A stretch of DNA of 64,000 nt from a virus (lineage: Duplodnaviria > Caudoviricetes). Below the pieces are notes generated by a model. The model made no database searches. It saw only the letters and a list, made by a program, of their open reading frames with translations, and was not told the DNA's origin. The DNA is taken from IMG/VR virus record IMGVR_UViG_3300032309_002614, positions 1 through 64,000 of that record; one strand, 5' to 3'. Positions 18,167 through 27,548 of the stretch are shown here, piece by piece; the stretch's first letter is position 1, and each line of letters starts with the position of its first letter. The position numbers and the translations under genes were made by a program.

Positions 18167-19218
18167 AAGTAATAACAACTGGAATACTCGGTCAAGATGG
18201 GTCAAATATGGTTGAATATCTTTTGAAGAATACAAATGCTAAAATTTTTGGAATGATTCGACGAACATCTAATCCTAATTTTATTAATTGTAGATCATTT
18301 CTTAATAATGAAAGATTTCAATTGGTTTATGGAGATTTGTCTGATAATGTTAGTTTAGATAATTTAATAAGAGAAATACAGCCTGATTATTTTATTAATT
18401 TTGCCGCTCAAAGCTTCGTTGGATGTAGTTGGGAAATACCTCTTCAAACTTTTGATATAAATGCAAATGGTGTTGCAAGATGTTTAGAGGCTATTCGTCG
18501 TTTTCAACAAAAGTGTCGTTTTTATTCTGCCGGTTCTAGCGAAGAATTTGGAGATGTGCAGTATAGCCCTCAAGACATTCTTCATCCAGTAAGACCAAGA
18601 AGCCCATATGGAGCAAGTAAAGCAGCAGCCAGACATTTAGTTAAAGTATACCGCGAGTCTTATAATTTATATGCGGTTCATAGTATTCTTTTTAATCACG
18701 AAGGGACTAAACGCGGAGAAGAATTTGTGACTAGAAAAATCAGCAAAGGCGTTGCTCGCATATACCATGCTATTAGAAATAATCAATCATTTTCTCCGAT
18801 TGAACTTGGAAATTTAGACGCTCAAAGAGACTGGTCAGATTCTGAAGATTTTGTTGATGGCGTTTGGAAAATAATGAATCAAGAAAAACCAAAAGATTAC
18901 GTTCTCTCAAGCAACGAAACACACACAATTAGGGAATTTATTAATAAATCTTTTCTTTGCGCTGGCATAGATGGAGTTTGGCACGGCTTTGGACAACAAG
19001 AAGAAATGAGTGTTTCTACTGAATACGCCATTAAAAATGAAATTCAATCTTCAGTTTTAATTAAAATTAATCCTAAATTTTATAGACCCGCTGAAGTCGA
19101 ACTTCTTTTGGGAGACTCAACTCCAGCCAGACAAGAATTAGGTTGGAAACCAAAAATTTCCTTTGACAACCTCGTAGAACGCATGGTAAAGTATGACATA
19201 GATAATTTTAAAATCTAG
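18163..19218 (+). CDS. gmd: GDP-mannose 4,6-dehydratase
   Basis: TGILGQDGS, AQSFV, SSEEFG, SPYGASK, FNHE, FVTRKI, RDW, FYRPAEV. Confidence 0.95.
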   Translation: MKVITTGILGQDGSNMVEYLLKNTNAKIFGMIRRTSNPNFINCRSFLNNERFQLVYGDLSDNVSLDNLIREIQPDYFINFAAQSFVGCSWEIPLQTFDINANGVARCLEAIRRFQQKCRFYSAGSSEEFGDVQYSPQDILHPVRPRSPYGASKAAARHLVKVYRESYNLYAVHSILFNHEGTKRGEEFVTRKISKGVARIYHAIRNNQSFSPIELGNLDAQRDWSDSEDFVDGVWKIMNQEKPKDYVLSSNETHTIREFINKSFLCAGIDGVWHGFGQQEEMSVSTEYAIKNEIQSSVLIKINPKFYRPAEVELLLGDSTPARQELGWKPKISFDNLVERMVKYDIDNFKI

Positions 19219-19223
19219 TGTAA
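19218..19223 (+). promoter_or_regulatory. GTGTAA motif
   Basis: First G 16 nt before ATG 19234. Confidence 0.5.
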
Positions 19224-19233
19224 TATATAATCC

Positions 19234-20220
19234 ATGAATAATAAAGCATTAATATTCGACGAACAAATTTCACGCAAGCCAGATTATTATCCATTTTGTC
19301 AGGAATTTATATCAGCCATGTGGGCTGGTCATTGGACACCAAACGAGTTTAACTTTAAAAGCGACGTTCACGATTTTAAAACTAAACTTACAGATGAAGA
19401 AAGAAAAATAATAGAAAAAACTCTATCAGCGATTGGTCAAATAGAAGTTGCAGTAAAAACATTCTGGGCAAAAATGCCAGAAGTATTAAAACACCCATCG
19501 CTTTCTGACTTGGGTTATACTATGGCAAATGTTGAAGTTATTCATAATATAGCTTATGAAAAACTTTTAAATGTTCTTGACCTCAATGAAATTTTCGAAC
19601 AAAATCTTAAACTAGATATTATTCAAGGTCGCGTAAAATATCTTCGCAAATATTTGGAAAAAAACTACGATAATGAAAAAAAACAATATGTTTACGCTCT
19701 TATCCTTTTTACTTTGTTTGTAGAAAACGTCTCTCTATTTAGTCAATTTTATACCATTTTATGGTTTGGACGATATAAGAATGTATTAAAGGACACTAAT
19801 CAACAAGTTCTTTACACAAAGAACGAAGAACTTATTCATGCTCAAGCAGGAATAAAGATCATCCAAATTATAAAAGAGCAGTATCCAGAGCTTTTCGATA
19901 GAGATCTTGAAGATAAAATCATTTCAGAAGCTAAAGAAGCTTTTAAAGCAGAGTCTAAAATTATTGATTGGATGATTGGTGACTATTCTGACAAGCGAAT
20001 CAATAAAGATATTGTCAAGGAATATGTGAAGTTTAAAATCAACGATTCTTTGAAGCAAATTGGTTTTAAGGAAATTTACGATATTGATGATAATTTATAT
20101 AGAGATTTTGAATGGATGAATGAAGAAGTCTTAGGAAATAATATGACTGACTTTTTTTATAAACGCCCAGTAGATTACTCAAAGAAACACACTAGTTTTG
20201 AATCGGCAGATTTATTTTAA
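19234..20220 (+). CDS. nrdB: Ribonucleotide reductase class I beta subunit
   Basis: WTPNE, EVIH, VENVSLFSQF, EELIH di-metal ligands; DFFYKRPVDY tail. Confidence 0.95.
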   Translation: MNNKALIFDEQISRKPDYYPFCQEFISAMWAGHWTPNEFNFKSDVHDFKTKLTDEERKIIEKTLSAIGQIEVAVKTFWAKMPEVLKHPSLSDLGYTMANVEVIHNIAYEKLLNVLDLNEIFEQNLKLDIIQGRVKYLRKYLEKNYDNEKKQYVYALILFTLFVENVSLFSQFYTILWFGRYKNVLKDTNQQVLYTKNEELIHAQAGIKIIQIIKEQYPELFDRDLEDKIISEAKEAFKAESKIIDWMIGDYSDKRINKDIVKEYVKFKINDSLKQIGFKEIYDIDDNLYRDFEWMNEEVLGNNMTDFFYKRPVDYSKKHTSFESADLF

Positions 20221-20273
20221 TTAAAATAAATTTTTTGATATTCTAAATTAAACATCTAACATTGTCTTAAAAA

Positions 20274-23042
20274 ATGATATCTAATACAGAAAAATATTAT
20301 TGGCTTAATGAAAAATCTCGTGATTTTCTAAGTAAAGATTATCTTGCTGAAGGACAAACTCCAGAACAAAGAATTCGCGTTATATGCGAAACTGCTGAAA
20401 AAATCCTTAACAAGAATGGATTCGCCGATAAGCTAGAAAGCTATATCGCCAATGGATGGATCAGCTTATCCACTCCAATTTGGGTAAATTTTGGAAATGA
20501 AAGGGGATTGCCTATTTCTTGTAATGGAAGTTTTGTTCCAGATACTATGGAAGGTATCCTTGAAAAGGCTTCTGAAGTTGGCATGATGACAAAGTATGGA
20601 TCTGGCACTTCCGCTTATTTTGGCGACTTGAGGCGTCGCGGCGCTTCAATTAGCGTAGGCGGAACATCTTCTGGATCTGTCCATTTCATGGAACTGTTCC
20701 AATCGGTTAGCGATATAATTTCGCAGTCAAATGTTCGTAGAGGTTCTTTTGCTGCCTACCTTCCTATCGACCATCTTGATATTGAAGAGTTTTTGCGTAT
20801 AAAAAGCGAAGGTCACACTTTGCAGCATATTTCTTTTGCCGTATGCATTGGAGATGAGTGGATGAAACAAATGCTCGCTGGAGACAAAGATAAACGAAAC
20901 ATTTGGGCTAAAATTATTCAGAAACGTTTTGAGTCTGGTTATCCTTATCTTTTTTTTACAGATAACGCTAATAATAATAAACCTCAAGTTTATAAAGATA
21001 AAAACGCAAAAATTTACGCTTCAAATCTTTGCGTCTCTGGCGATCAAAGAATACCTACTCAATTTGGTCTTTTAACTGCTAAAGAGCTTTTTGAAAAAGG
21101 TGCAAATCTTTCGCTTTTCGATAATGAAAAAATCGTTTACGCTACGAAGATGGAATTGATTGAAAAAAATGCAAAAACTTATAAAATTACACTTGAAAAT
21201 GGAATGACTCATACGGTTACTGATTATCATAAAGTAAAATGCAGTATTAGAGATGGCTATAACGAAATAGAAGTAAAAGATGTTCAATGTAAGGATTTAA
21301 CTATTGGCGACTTTGCAGCTATACAAACAAATAAAGGAGTTTTTGGTCCAAAAGATATGCGTCAAGAAGCCTTTCTTCTTGGTTTGTATCAAGGAGATGG
21401 AACTCAAAATGGAAACAATGTATTTTTCGATATTTGGGAAAATGATTTTGATTTAGAAGAAGAAATTAAAACTGCTCATGATTTTCTTTGCGATAAATAC
21501 AAGACTCAAAATTCATTAAAAAATAATAGAACTTATCTTAAATCTTGTTTTCATGATTGCTATGTATCTCAAAGCGAAGTTAAAAAGCGCCGTCTTGGTA
21601 GCAGCGCTGCAAAAAAAGCTTTAAATTTTGAAAAAGGATATATACCACAATGGATTTGGGAGTCTAATGAAAAAACTCAATGGCAATATTTAAGGGGTCT
21701 CTTGTATACAGATGGAACTGTTGGAATTTATTCTGGCAAAGGAGATGCAATTCAATTATCTATTTGTAATATTAATTATGAATGGCTTGAAGAAATTCAA
21801 CTTTTAATGGCAAATTTAGGAATCCAAACCTCAATTAAAATTTGCAGAAAGTCTGGCAAAAATCTTCTCCCTAATGGAAAAGGAGGACATCAATACTACA
21901 ACACTAAAACATTATGGAGAATAATTGTAAGTAATAAAAATGACTGCCTAGAAATCGAAAAAAACACAAAATTTCTTTCTAGAAAAGGAGTATTTATAAA
22001 TAATAGGGAATATCGGAACAATACTAAAAAATATTATAAAATCAAAAATATTGAATATGTTGGCAAGCAGGATGTTTATTGCTGCACTGTTAAGTCTGAT
22101 AGTCATTATTGGGTTTGTAATGGCGTTATCACTCATAATTGCAATGAAATTTGTTTGCCATCGAATCCTGAAGAATCATTCGTTTGCGATCTTTCTTCAG
22201 TTAATCTACTGCATTATGATGATTGGAAGAGTACGGATCTTGTAGAAACGTTGGTTTATCTCCTTGACGCTGTCATGGAGGAATATATTCAAAAAACAGA
22301 AAATATCGCATTTATGAAAGCTGCTAATAATTTTGCTAAAAATCACAGAGCGATTGGCATCGGTGTTCTTGGATGGCATTCTTATCTTCAGTCTAAATTA
22401 ATAGCCTTTGAATCTTTAAACGCTAAACTTCTTAATGTAGAAATTTGGAAATTTATTAAAGAAAAGTCCCATCTCGCCAGTCAGCAGCTTGCAAGGGAAT
22501 ATGGCGAACCATCAATCCTCAAAGGATATGGATTTAGAAATACGACAACGATGGCTGTAGCTCCAACCACTTCATCTTCATTTATTCTGGGTCAAGTATC
22601 ACCATCAATTGAACCTTTGAATAGCAATTATTTCGTAAAGGATTTAGCCAAAGGAAAATACACTTACAAGAATCCTTATCTTAAATCTTTATTGCAATTA
22701 AAAAATCAAGACACAAAAGAGATCTGGCAAGATATACTTAAGAAAGGTGGATCAGTTCAACATCTTTCTTTTTTAACTGAAGAAGAAAAAAACGTATTCA
22801 AAACTTTTGGAGAAATTTCTCAAAAAGAAATAGTGATTCAAGCCGCTCAACGTCAAAAATATATTGATCAATCTCAATCGTTGAATTTAATGATTCATCC
22901 CAAGACTTCTCCAAAAGAAGTTAGTCAACTATTAATTTATGGTTGGGAAAATGGCGTTAAAGGTTTTTATTATCAAAGAAGCACCAATCCAGCACAAGAG
23001 CTAGGAAGAAATCTGACCGAATGTAAAAGTTGCCAAGCTTGA
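20274..23042 (+). CDS. nrdA: Ribonucleotide reductase class I alpha subunit with intein
   Basis: LPISC, ASNL|intein|CNEI, APTTSSS, FYYQR, C-terminal ECKSCQA. Confidence 0.95.
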   Translation: MISNTEKYYWLNEKSRDFLSKDYLAEGQTPEQRIRVICETAEKILNKNGFADKLESYIANGWISLSTPIWVNFGNERGLPISCNGSFVPDTMEGILEKASEVGMMTKYGSGTSAYFGDLRRRGASISVGGTSSGSVHFMELFQSVSDIISQSNVRRGSFAAYLPIDHLDIEEFLRIKSEGHTLQHISFAVCIGDEWMKQMLAGDKDKRNIWAKIIQKRFESGYPYLFFTDNANNNKPQVYKDKNAKIYASNLCVSGDQRIPTQFGLLTAKELFEKGANLSLFDNEKIVYATKMELIEKNAKTYKITLENGMTHTVTDYHKVKCSIRDGYNEIEVKDVQCKDLTIGDFAAIQTNKGVFGPKDMRQEAFLLGLYQGDGTQNGNNVFFDIWENDFDLEEEIKTAHDFLCDKYKTQNSLKNNRTYLKSCFHDCYVSQSEVKKRRLGSSAAKKALNFEKGYIPQWIWESNEKTQWQYLRGLLYTDGTVGIYSGKGDAIQLSICNINYEWLEEIQLLMANLGIQTSIKICRKSGKNLLPNGKGGHQYYNTKTLWRIIVSNKNDCLEIEKNTKFLSRKGVFINNREYRNNTKKYYKIKNIEYVGKQDVYCCTVKSDSHYWVCNGVITHNCNEICLPSNPEESFVCDLSSVNLLHYDDWKSTDLVETLVYLLDAVMEEYIQKTENIAFMKAANNFAKNHRAIGIGVLGWHSYLQSKLIAFESLNAKLLNVEIWKFIKEKSHLASQQLAREYGEPSILKGYGFRNTTTMAVAPTTSSSFILGQVSPSIEPLNSNYFVKDLAKGKYTYKNPYLKSLLQLKNQDTKEIWQDILKKGGSVQHLSFLTEEEKNVFKTFGEISQKEIVIQAAQRQKYIDQSQSLNLMIHPKTSPKEVSQLLIYGWENGVKGFYYQRSTNPAQELGRNLTECKSCQA
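21030..22139 (+). mobile_element. 370-aa intein with LAGLIDADG-type homing endonuclease in nrdA
   Basis: Starts CVSGD, block B VTDYHK, LLGLYQGDG and LRGLLYTDG, ends ITHN|C. Confidence 0.95.
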
Positions 23043-23111
23043 TAATTCAATATAATTTCATCAAAGTTGAAAAACATTTTTGCAAATATAACATAAACTA
23101 CATATACAAAT

Positions 23112-23228
23112 ATGAGCAAGACTACTGCAAAGACACTTAATAAGACTGCCACTGCTTCAGTTAAGACTGCAAAGCCACTTAGCAAGCCAGCCGCTCCAGC
23201 AAAGCCAAGTGGTGGCAAGAAGAAGTAA
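23112..23228 (+). CDS. 38-aa Lys/Ala/Thr/Pro-rich basic peptide
   Basis: MSKTTAKTLNKTATASVKTAKPLSKPAAPAKPSGGKKK, followed by a terminator; below the ORF-track cutoff. Confidence 0.7.
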   Translation: MSKTTAKTLNKTATASVKTAKPLSKPAAPAKPSGGKKK

Positions 23229-23246
23229 TATAAATAAAACAACGAT

Positions 23247-23277
23247 AAAGCCGCCCTAAAAAGCGGCTTTATTTTTT
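23247..23277 (+). terminator. Intrinsic terminator
   Basis: AAAGCCGC-cctaaaaa-GCGGCTTT-atttttt. Confidence 0.8.
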
Positions 23278-23295
23278 CTATGTATGATTAAAATA

Positions 23296-23301
23296 GTGTA
23301 A
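23296..23301 (+). promoter_or_regulatory. GTGTAA motif
   Basis: First G 14 nt before ATG 23310. Confidence 0.6.
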
Positions 23302-23309
23302 TTTTAAAT

Positions 23310-23600
23310 ATGAATTTAATCGTGGATTTTAGTGAGCAGATTAAAGCTGCTCAAAAAACATATAGCGGCAAAAAGCGTAGCGAATTGAAAGATAATGACT
23401 TTCTTTTTCCAGAAAATAGATCTTTTCCCATTGTCAGCCCACAAGATGTTCTCGATGCAATTAGCAATTTTGGCAGAATGAAATCAACAATGTCTTATGA
23501 CACATTTATTAAAAAGCTTTATAATTTTGCTAAAAAGAAAGGTAAAGCTTTTATTGATGCTATTCCAGAATCAACTAAAAAAGAACATAAATTATCCTAA
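23310..23600 (+). CDS. Hypothetical protein, putative head-associated
   Basis: KRSELKDNDFLFPENRSFPI...DAISNFGR pattern recalled from phage head-module proteins; shared N-terminal motif. Confidence 0.55.
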   Translation: MNLIVDFSEQIKAAQKTYSGKKRSELKDNDFLFPENRSFPIVSPQDVLDAISNFGRMKSTMSYDTFIKKLYNFAKKKGKAFIDAIPESTKKEHKLS

Positions 23601-24070
23601 TGAATATTATAGTCGATCTCTCACAATTAATTGCTAAAAAAAGACAAGGCCCAAAAAGCTCCGCTCAAACTCCAGCTAAACCAGAAGAAAAAAAGAAAGG
23701 TTCAAAAATAAATGAACCTGGATCTGCTGGTACTACTCCTGATGCAAAAGAAAGAGCAAAGGAAGTTTTAAAAAGAAAAGATGAAAAACAACTTGTCAGT
23801 AAAGCCGAAATAACTTTCAGTAAAAAAGTAATAAACACTTTAAAAGAAAAAGTTAAAAACCATAACGCTAAACACTCTAAGAAAGTAACTCTTGAACAAT
23901 TAAAAAAGGTTTATCGCAGAGGCTCAGGCGCATTTAGCTCTAGTCACAGACCGGGACAATCAAGAGCAGCTTGGAGTATGGCGCGTGTTAACACATTTTT
24001 AAGAATGCAAAGCGGCGGTAAAGTTAAAGATGCTTATCGTCGCGCAGATCAAGATATAGCTAACTCATAA
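23600..24070 (+). CDS. Hypothetical protein, putative head-associated
   Basis: LKKVYRRGSGAFSSSHRPG...WSMARVNTFL pattern; shared N-terminal motif. Confidence 0.55.
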   Translation: MNIIVDLSQLIAKKRQGPKSSAQTPAKPEEKKKGSKINEPGSAGTTPDAKERAKEVLKRKDEKQLVSKAEITFSKKVINTLKEKVKNHNAKHSKKVTLEQLKKVYRRGSGAFSSSHRPGQSRAAWSMARVNTFLRMQSGGKVKDAYRRADQDIANS

Positions 24071-24071
24071 T

Positions 24072-24209
24072 ATGAACGAAAAAATAGTAGATATTTATTC
24101 ATTTAATGATTTTGAAGAAGCTGATTTTAATGAAGCTCTTTCTGATCTTAAACAATTTGGTGTAAATGAAGATGAATTAAATGTTAATTTTATTAATATA
24201 GAAGATTAA
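24072..24209 (+). CDS. 45-aa acidic hypothetical protein
   Basis: MNEKIVDIYSFNDFEEADF...IED fills the gap between neighbouring genes. Confidence 0.55.
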   Translation: MNEKIVDIYSFNDFEEADFNEALSDLKQFGVNEDELNVNFINIED

Positions 24210-24211
24210 AC

Positions 24212-24577
24212 ATGAATATCGTAACAAAACTATTAACTTATCAAAATCAAGTCAAAATTCTTCATTGGCAGACCACTTCTTATTCTGAACATAAAACTCT
24301 TAATAAATTATACGAAAGTTTGTCAGAAAACATTGACACATTTATTGAAACGTTCATGGGTAAATATGGCAGAATAATGTCTGAAACCACTTTTAATCTT
24401 AAGTTGGAAAATTATAAAAACATGTCCCCAATGGGACTGATGCTAGAAATGGAAGCTTATTTTATCAATGAATTGCCAACAATGCTTAATGCAAAGACTG
24501 ATACAGATCTTCTTAATATTAGAGATGAAATGCTTGCTTCAGTTAATCAAACAAAATATCTATTAACTTTAAAGTAA
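24212..24577 (+). CDS. Dps/ferritin-like four-helix protein
   Basis: LHWQT..YSEHKTLNKLY...IDTFIE matches the Dps ferroxidase H/H/D/E spacing. Confidence 0.65.
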   Translation: MNIVTKLLTYQNQVKILHWQTTSYSEHKTLNKLYESLSENIDTFIETFMGKYGRIMSETTFNLKLENYKNMSPMGLMLEMEAYFINELPTMLNAKTDTDLLNIRDEMLASVNQTKYLLTLK

Positions 24578-24581
24578 AAAA

Positions 24582-25436
24582 ATGAATATATCGGTAAATT
24601 TTAGCAACGAGATTCGTGCTGCAAGAGACAAGAAAGCTCTCAACAAGCCTTTTAGAACTCCAAAAGGCCCTAAGAAGTTTTCTGTTTACGTTAAAAACGA
24701 AAAAGGCAATGTCGTAAAGGTGAACTTTGGCGATCCAAATATGGAGATCAAGCGCGACGATCCATCCCGTAGAAAGAGTTTTCGCGCTCGCCATAAATGC
24801 GATACAAATCCTGGACCTAGATGGAAAGCAAAGTACTGGAGCTGTAAATTTTGGGAGACAAAGAAAGGAGTTTCAGATTATTTAACTAAAGGAAGTGTTG
24901 ATGACGTTATTCATCAATGGGATGGTATCACTCTTTGGAATGAAGACGATCTTCTTAAAATTGCTCCTCACTTAGCTCAAGCTCAAGAAATTACTGAAGA
25001 TGTAGAAACTGAATCTGAAGATGTAAACGAAGAAGCTGCTGAAATGGCTATGGCACAATTAGCTTATATCGCAGATAATTCTAAAGACCTTCTTGAAAAA
25101 CTTCGCTCCAATCCATCTATGGCTGAAGAAATTGAACCTTGGGTTCAAAGTAAAATTACATTGATGGAAGATTATCTTTTCGCTGTATACAACTATCTTG
25201 TTTATTCTCAAGAATCAGAAAATGAAAACGAGAAACAAGTCATGGAAGCTGGCATGAGAATTTTGAACATCAATGCTTCATGCAAACATTATAACAGTGA
25301 AGGCATTATTAAAGAAATCAAAGATCTTCCAAACGATATGGGCAAAATAGTTGTTTATGAAGTTCTTAATGATGGAAACAACTTTAAAAAAGGTGATATT
25401 TTAACAAAAACAATAGATCAAATAAAAATCCTATAA
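24582..25436 (+). CDS. Multi-domain hypothetical protein, putative head-associated
   Basis: VNFGDP...RRKSFRARHKC...YWSC module plus EMAMAQL...WVQSKIT module; shared N-terminal motif. Confidence 0.55.
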   Translation: MNISVNFSNEIRAARDKKALNKPFRTPKGPKKFSVYVKNEKGNVVKVNFGDPNMEIKRDDPSRRKSFRARHKCDTNPGPRWKAKYWSCKFWETKKGVSDYLTKGSVDDVIHQWDGITLWNEDDLLKIAPHLAQAQEITEDVETESEDVNEEAAEMAMAQLAYIADNSKDLLEKLRSNPSMAEEIEPWVQSKITLMEDYLFAVYNYLVYSQESENENEKQVMEAGMRILNINASCKHYNSEGIIKEIKDLPNDMGKIVVYEVLNDGNNFKKGDILTKTIDQIKIL

Positions 25437-25449
25437 GGTAATAAACAAC

Positions 25450-25980
25450 ATGAAATCAAATTTAAAATTCGACAATAAAAATTTTATCGCTGAAGTCTCC
25501 ATCTCTAATATGATGGAAGATGATGAAATGGAAATGCATGATGAGTACATGAATGAGTGCATGATGCAAGACGAAGCTTTTGTCAACACCGCTGGAATGT
25601 CCAGCAGCGATGCTAAATATATGTGCGGCATGTCATATATGAAAAATCGCCCAATGCTTTCTGAGATGGCTGGACAGCTAACAGAAAAGCAAAAAACCCT
25701 TCCTCCTGCTCTTCAAAAAGCCATTCTAAAAAGAATGCAGAAGAAGGGTAATTTAAATGAAGAAGGCAAAAAAGAAGCTGGAGAAGCTCCTGAAAATGAA
25801 AAAGCTGAAGCCGCACAAATCGCTGTTTTCCCTGAAACACCCGCTCCCCCTACTGGCAATATCACTCCTGATGCAACTATCGAAGGATTAAAAATTGATG
25901 AAAAATTAAAAAAAGAGCAAGAAGCCGCAGCCCCAAACAATCCCGGTTTACAAAGTCCGAGGTTCAATCCAAAAGCCTAA
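25450..25980 (+). CDS. Hypothetical acidic Met-rich protein
   Basis: ORF track; EYMNECM...MCGMSY, LTEKQKTLPPALQKAI. Confidence 0.55.
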   Translation: MKSNLKFDNKNFIAEVSISNMMEDDEMEMHDEYMNECMMQDEAFVNTAGMSSSDAKYMCGMSYMKNRPMLSEMAGQLTEKQKTLPPALQKAILKRMQKKGNLNEEGKKEAGEAPENEKAEAAQIAVFPETPAPPTGNITPDATIEGLKIDEKLKKEQEAAAPNNPGLQSPRFNPKA

Positions 25981-25987
25981 TTTAAAT

Positions 25988-26015
25988 AAAACCGCTGGGC
26001 AACCAGCGGTTTTTT
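25988..26015 (+). terminator. Intrinsic terminator
   Basis: AAAACCGCTGG-gcaa-CCAGCGGTTTTTT. Confidence 0.85.
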
Positions 26016-26019
26016 GCTG

Positions 26020-26047
26020 TTGACATCTTGAGTTTCTCTGTTACTCT
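26020..26047 (+). promoter_or_regulatory. Sigma70-like promoter of recombination/replication operon
   Basis: TTGACA-16nt-TACTCT with TG extension; ATG at 26056. Confidence 0.65.
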
Positions 26048-26055
26048 TAATACAG

Positions 26056-26376
26056 ATGAATAAAAGAGAGCTATTAAATAAGCTTTTGCATATTCCTAAA
26101 AAAGTTCATCCGTCATTCTGGGGTAAACAATTCAGAATATTAAACTCTCTTCTCAAAAAGTTTCCAGATATGAAATTCTGGGAACAGGTTGTAGTTATTA
26201 GAGTTGATTGCCTCACTTTATATGCTGGAGAAGATGCCAATGGAATAGCTGATAAATATAAGAAATATATTTTTCAACCTGAATTAAAGAATATAGAATT
26301 TCAGCTTGGTGAAAAAGCTGGACAAGACTATAATATTATGGTAAAACCTAAAACAATTAAAGACTTTCTAAAATGA
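26056..26376 (+). CDS. Hypothetical protein
   Basis: ORF track; overlaps the start of recA. Confidence 0.65.
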   Translation: MNKRELLNKLLHIPKKVHPSFWGKQFRILNSLLKKFPDMKFWEQVVVIRVDCLTLYAGEDANGIADKYKKYIFQPELKNIEFQLGEKAGQDYNIMVKPKTIKDFLK

Positions 26377-27548
26377 GTAAAAAGAATAATAATAAAGAAG
26401 AAGTAGATAGTGGTAAAATTACTACATCTCAAGATCAGCTAAAAAGCTTCTTGAAGCAAAATAAAGAATCTCATTATAATTACGAACCAACTATTGATTA
26501 CAAGGTTTCAAGCGGCAGTCTCCTGCTTGATTACTTTCTAGCTGGTGGTATCGGTACTGGATTGCATCGATTCTGTGGAATCAATGAAGGAGGAAAAACG
26601 AGTTGCGCTCTTCAATTCATGAAGAACTTCTTAGATCAACCTAAGAAGCGCAAAGGATTTTATATCAAAGCTGAAGGTCGATTGAGCAATGAAATGATCA
26701 CTCGCTCTGGAGTTAAGTTTGTATTCAATGAAGAAGAATGGGTCGAAGGTACATGTTTTGTTTTTGAGTCAAATATTCATGAAACGGTATTTGATGCAAT
26801 GCGAGAACTAGTTGGTAAGAATGATGAGAAAATGATGTATTTCTTTCTCCTAGATTCTGTCGATGGTTTAATTAGAAAGGGTGATCTTGATAAAACCTTC
26901 GAAGAGTCGCAAAAGGTTGCTGGCGGTGCAGTAATCGCAGCAGATCTTATGAAGCGCATGTCTATCGCACTTCAAAAGCGTGGACATATTGCAGTATTTA
27001 TTTCTCAAGTTCGTGCTGATATCAAACTTGATCCATACAGCAAGGCTCCAATTCGTCAAACGACTGCTACAGGTGGTAACGCTTTGCTACATTTTGCTAA
27101 CTGGATTTTTGAATTTGATGCTCGTTTTAAGGGTGATCTAATTCTTGAAGATCCTAACGCTTCTTACGATGAGCAAAAGAATCCATATCTTGGACACTTT
27201 GTGAAGATCGTTGTTAAGAAGTCTCCAAATGAAAGAACTAACTGCACTATTCGATATCCAATTAAATATGGAAGAAAGAATGGTACTTCTAATTGGGTAG
27301 AAAAGGAAATCTTTGATTTTCTAACTATGTGGGAAATCGCTATTAAGAAGGGAGCTTGGATTAGCTTTGATGAAGAGTTTCTTAATACTTTAAAAGAAGC
27401 TGGCTTTACAGAATTTCCTGCTCAAATTCAAGGAGCAGCTAAGTTTGAACAAATTGTCAACGACAATGAAAAACTTAAGAATTTCTTCTTTAAGTATATC
27501 AGCGAAAACCTACTAAATTTTGGCGATGGAATTTCTATCTCTGAGTAA
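26373..27548 (+). CDS. recA: RecA/UvsX-like recombinase
   Basis: SSGSLLLD, GINEGGKT Walker A, LLDSV Walker B, FISQVR, TGGNAL. Confidence 0.9.
   Translation: MSKKNNNKEEVDSGKITTSQDQLKSFLKQNKESHYNYEPTIDYKVSSGSLLLDYFLAGGIGTGLHRFCGINEGGKTSCALQFMKNFLDQPKKRKGFYIKAEGRLSNEMITRSGVKFVFNEEEWVEGTCFVFESNIHETVFDAMRELVGKNDEKMMYFFLLDSVDGLIRKGDLDKTFEESQKVAGGAVIAADLMKRMSIALQKRGHIAVFISQVRADIKLDPYSKAPIRQTTATGGNALLHFANWIFEFDARFKGDLILEDPNASYDEQKNPYLGHFVKIVVKKSPNERTNCTIRYPIKYGRKNGTSNWVEKEIFDFLTMWEIAIKKGAWISFDEEFLNTLKEAGFTEFPAQIQGAAKFEQIVNDNEKLKNFFFKYISENLLNFGDGISISE

Noticed and set aside
19234-20220. Group I intron in nrdB
   Set aside because: ORF is continuous and of normal length.
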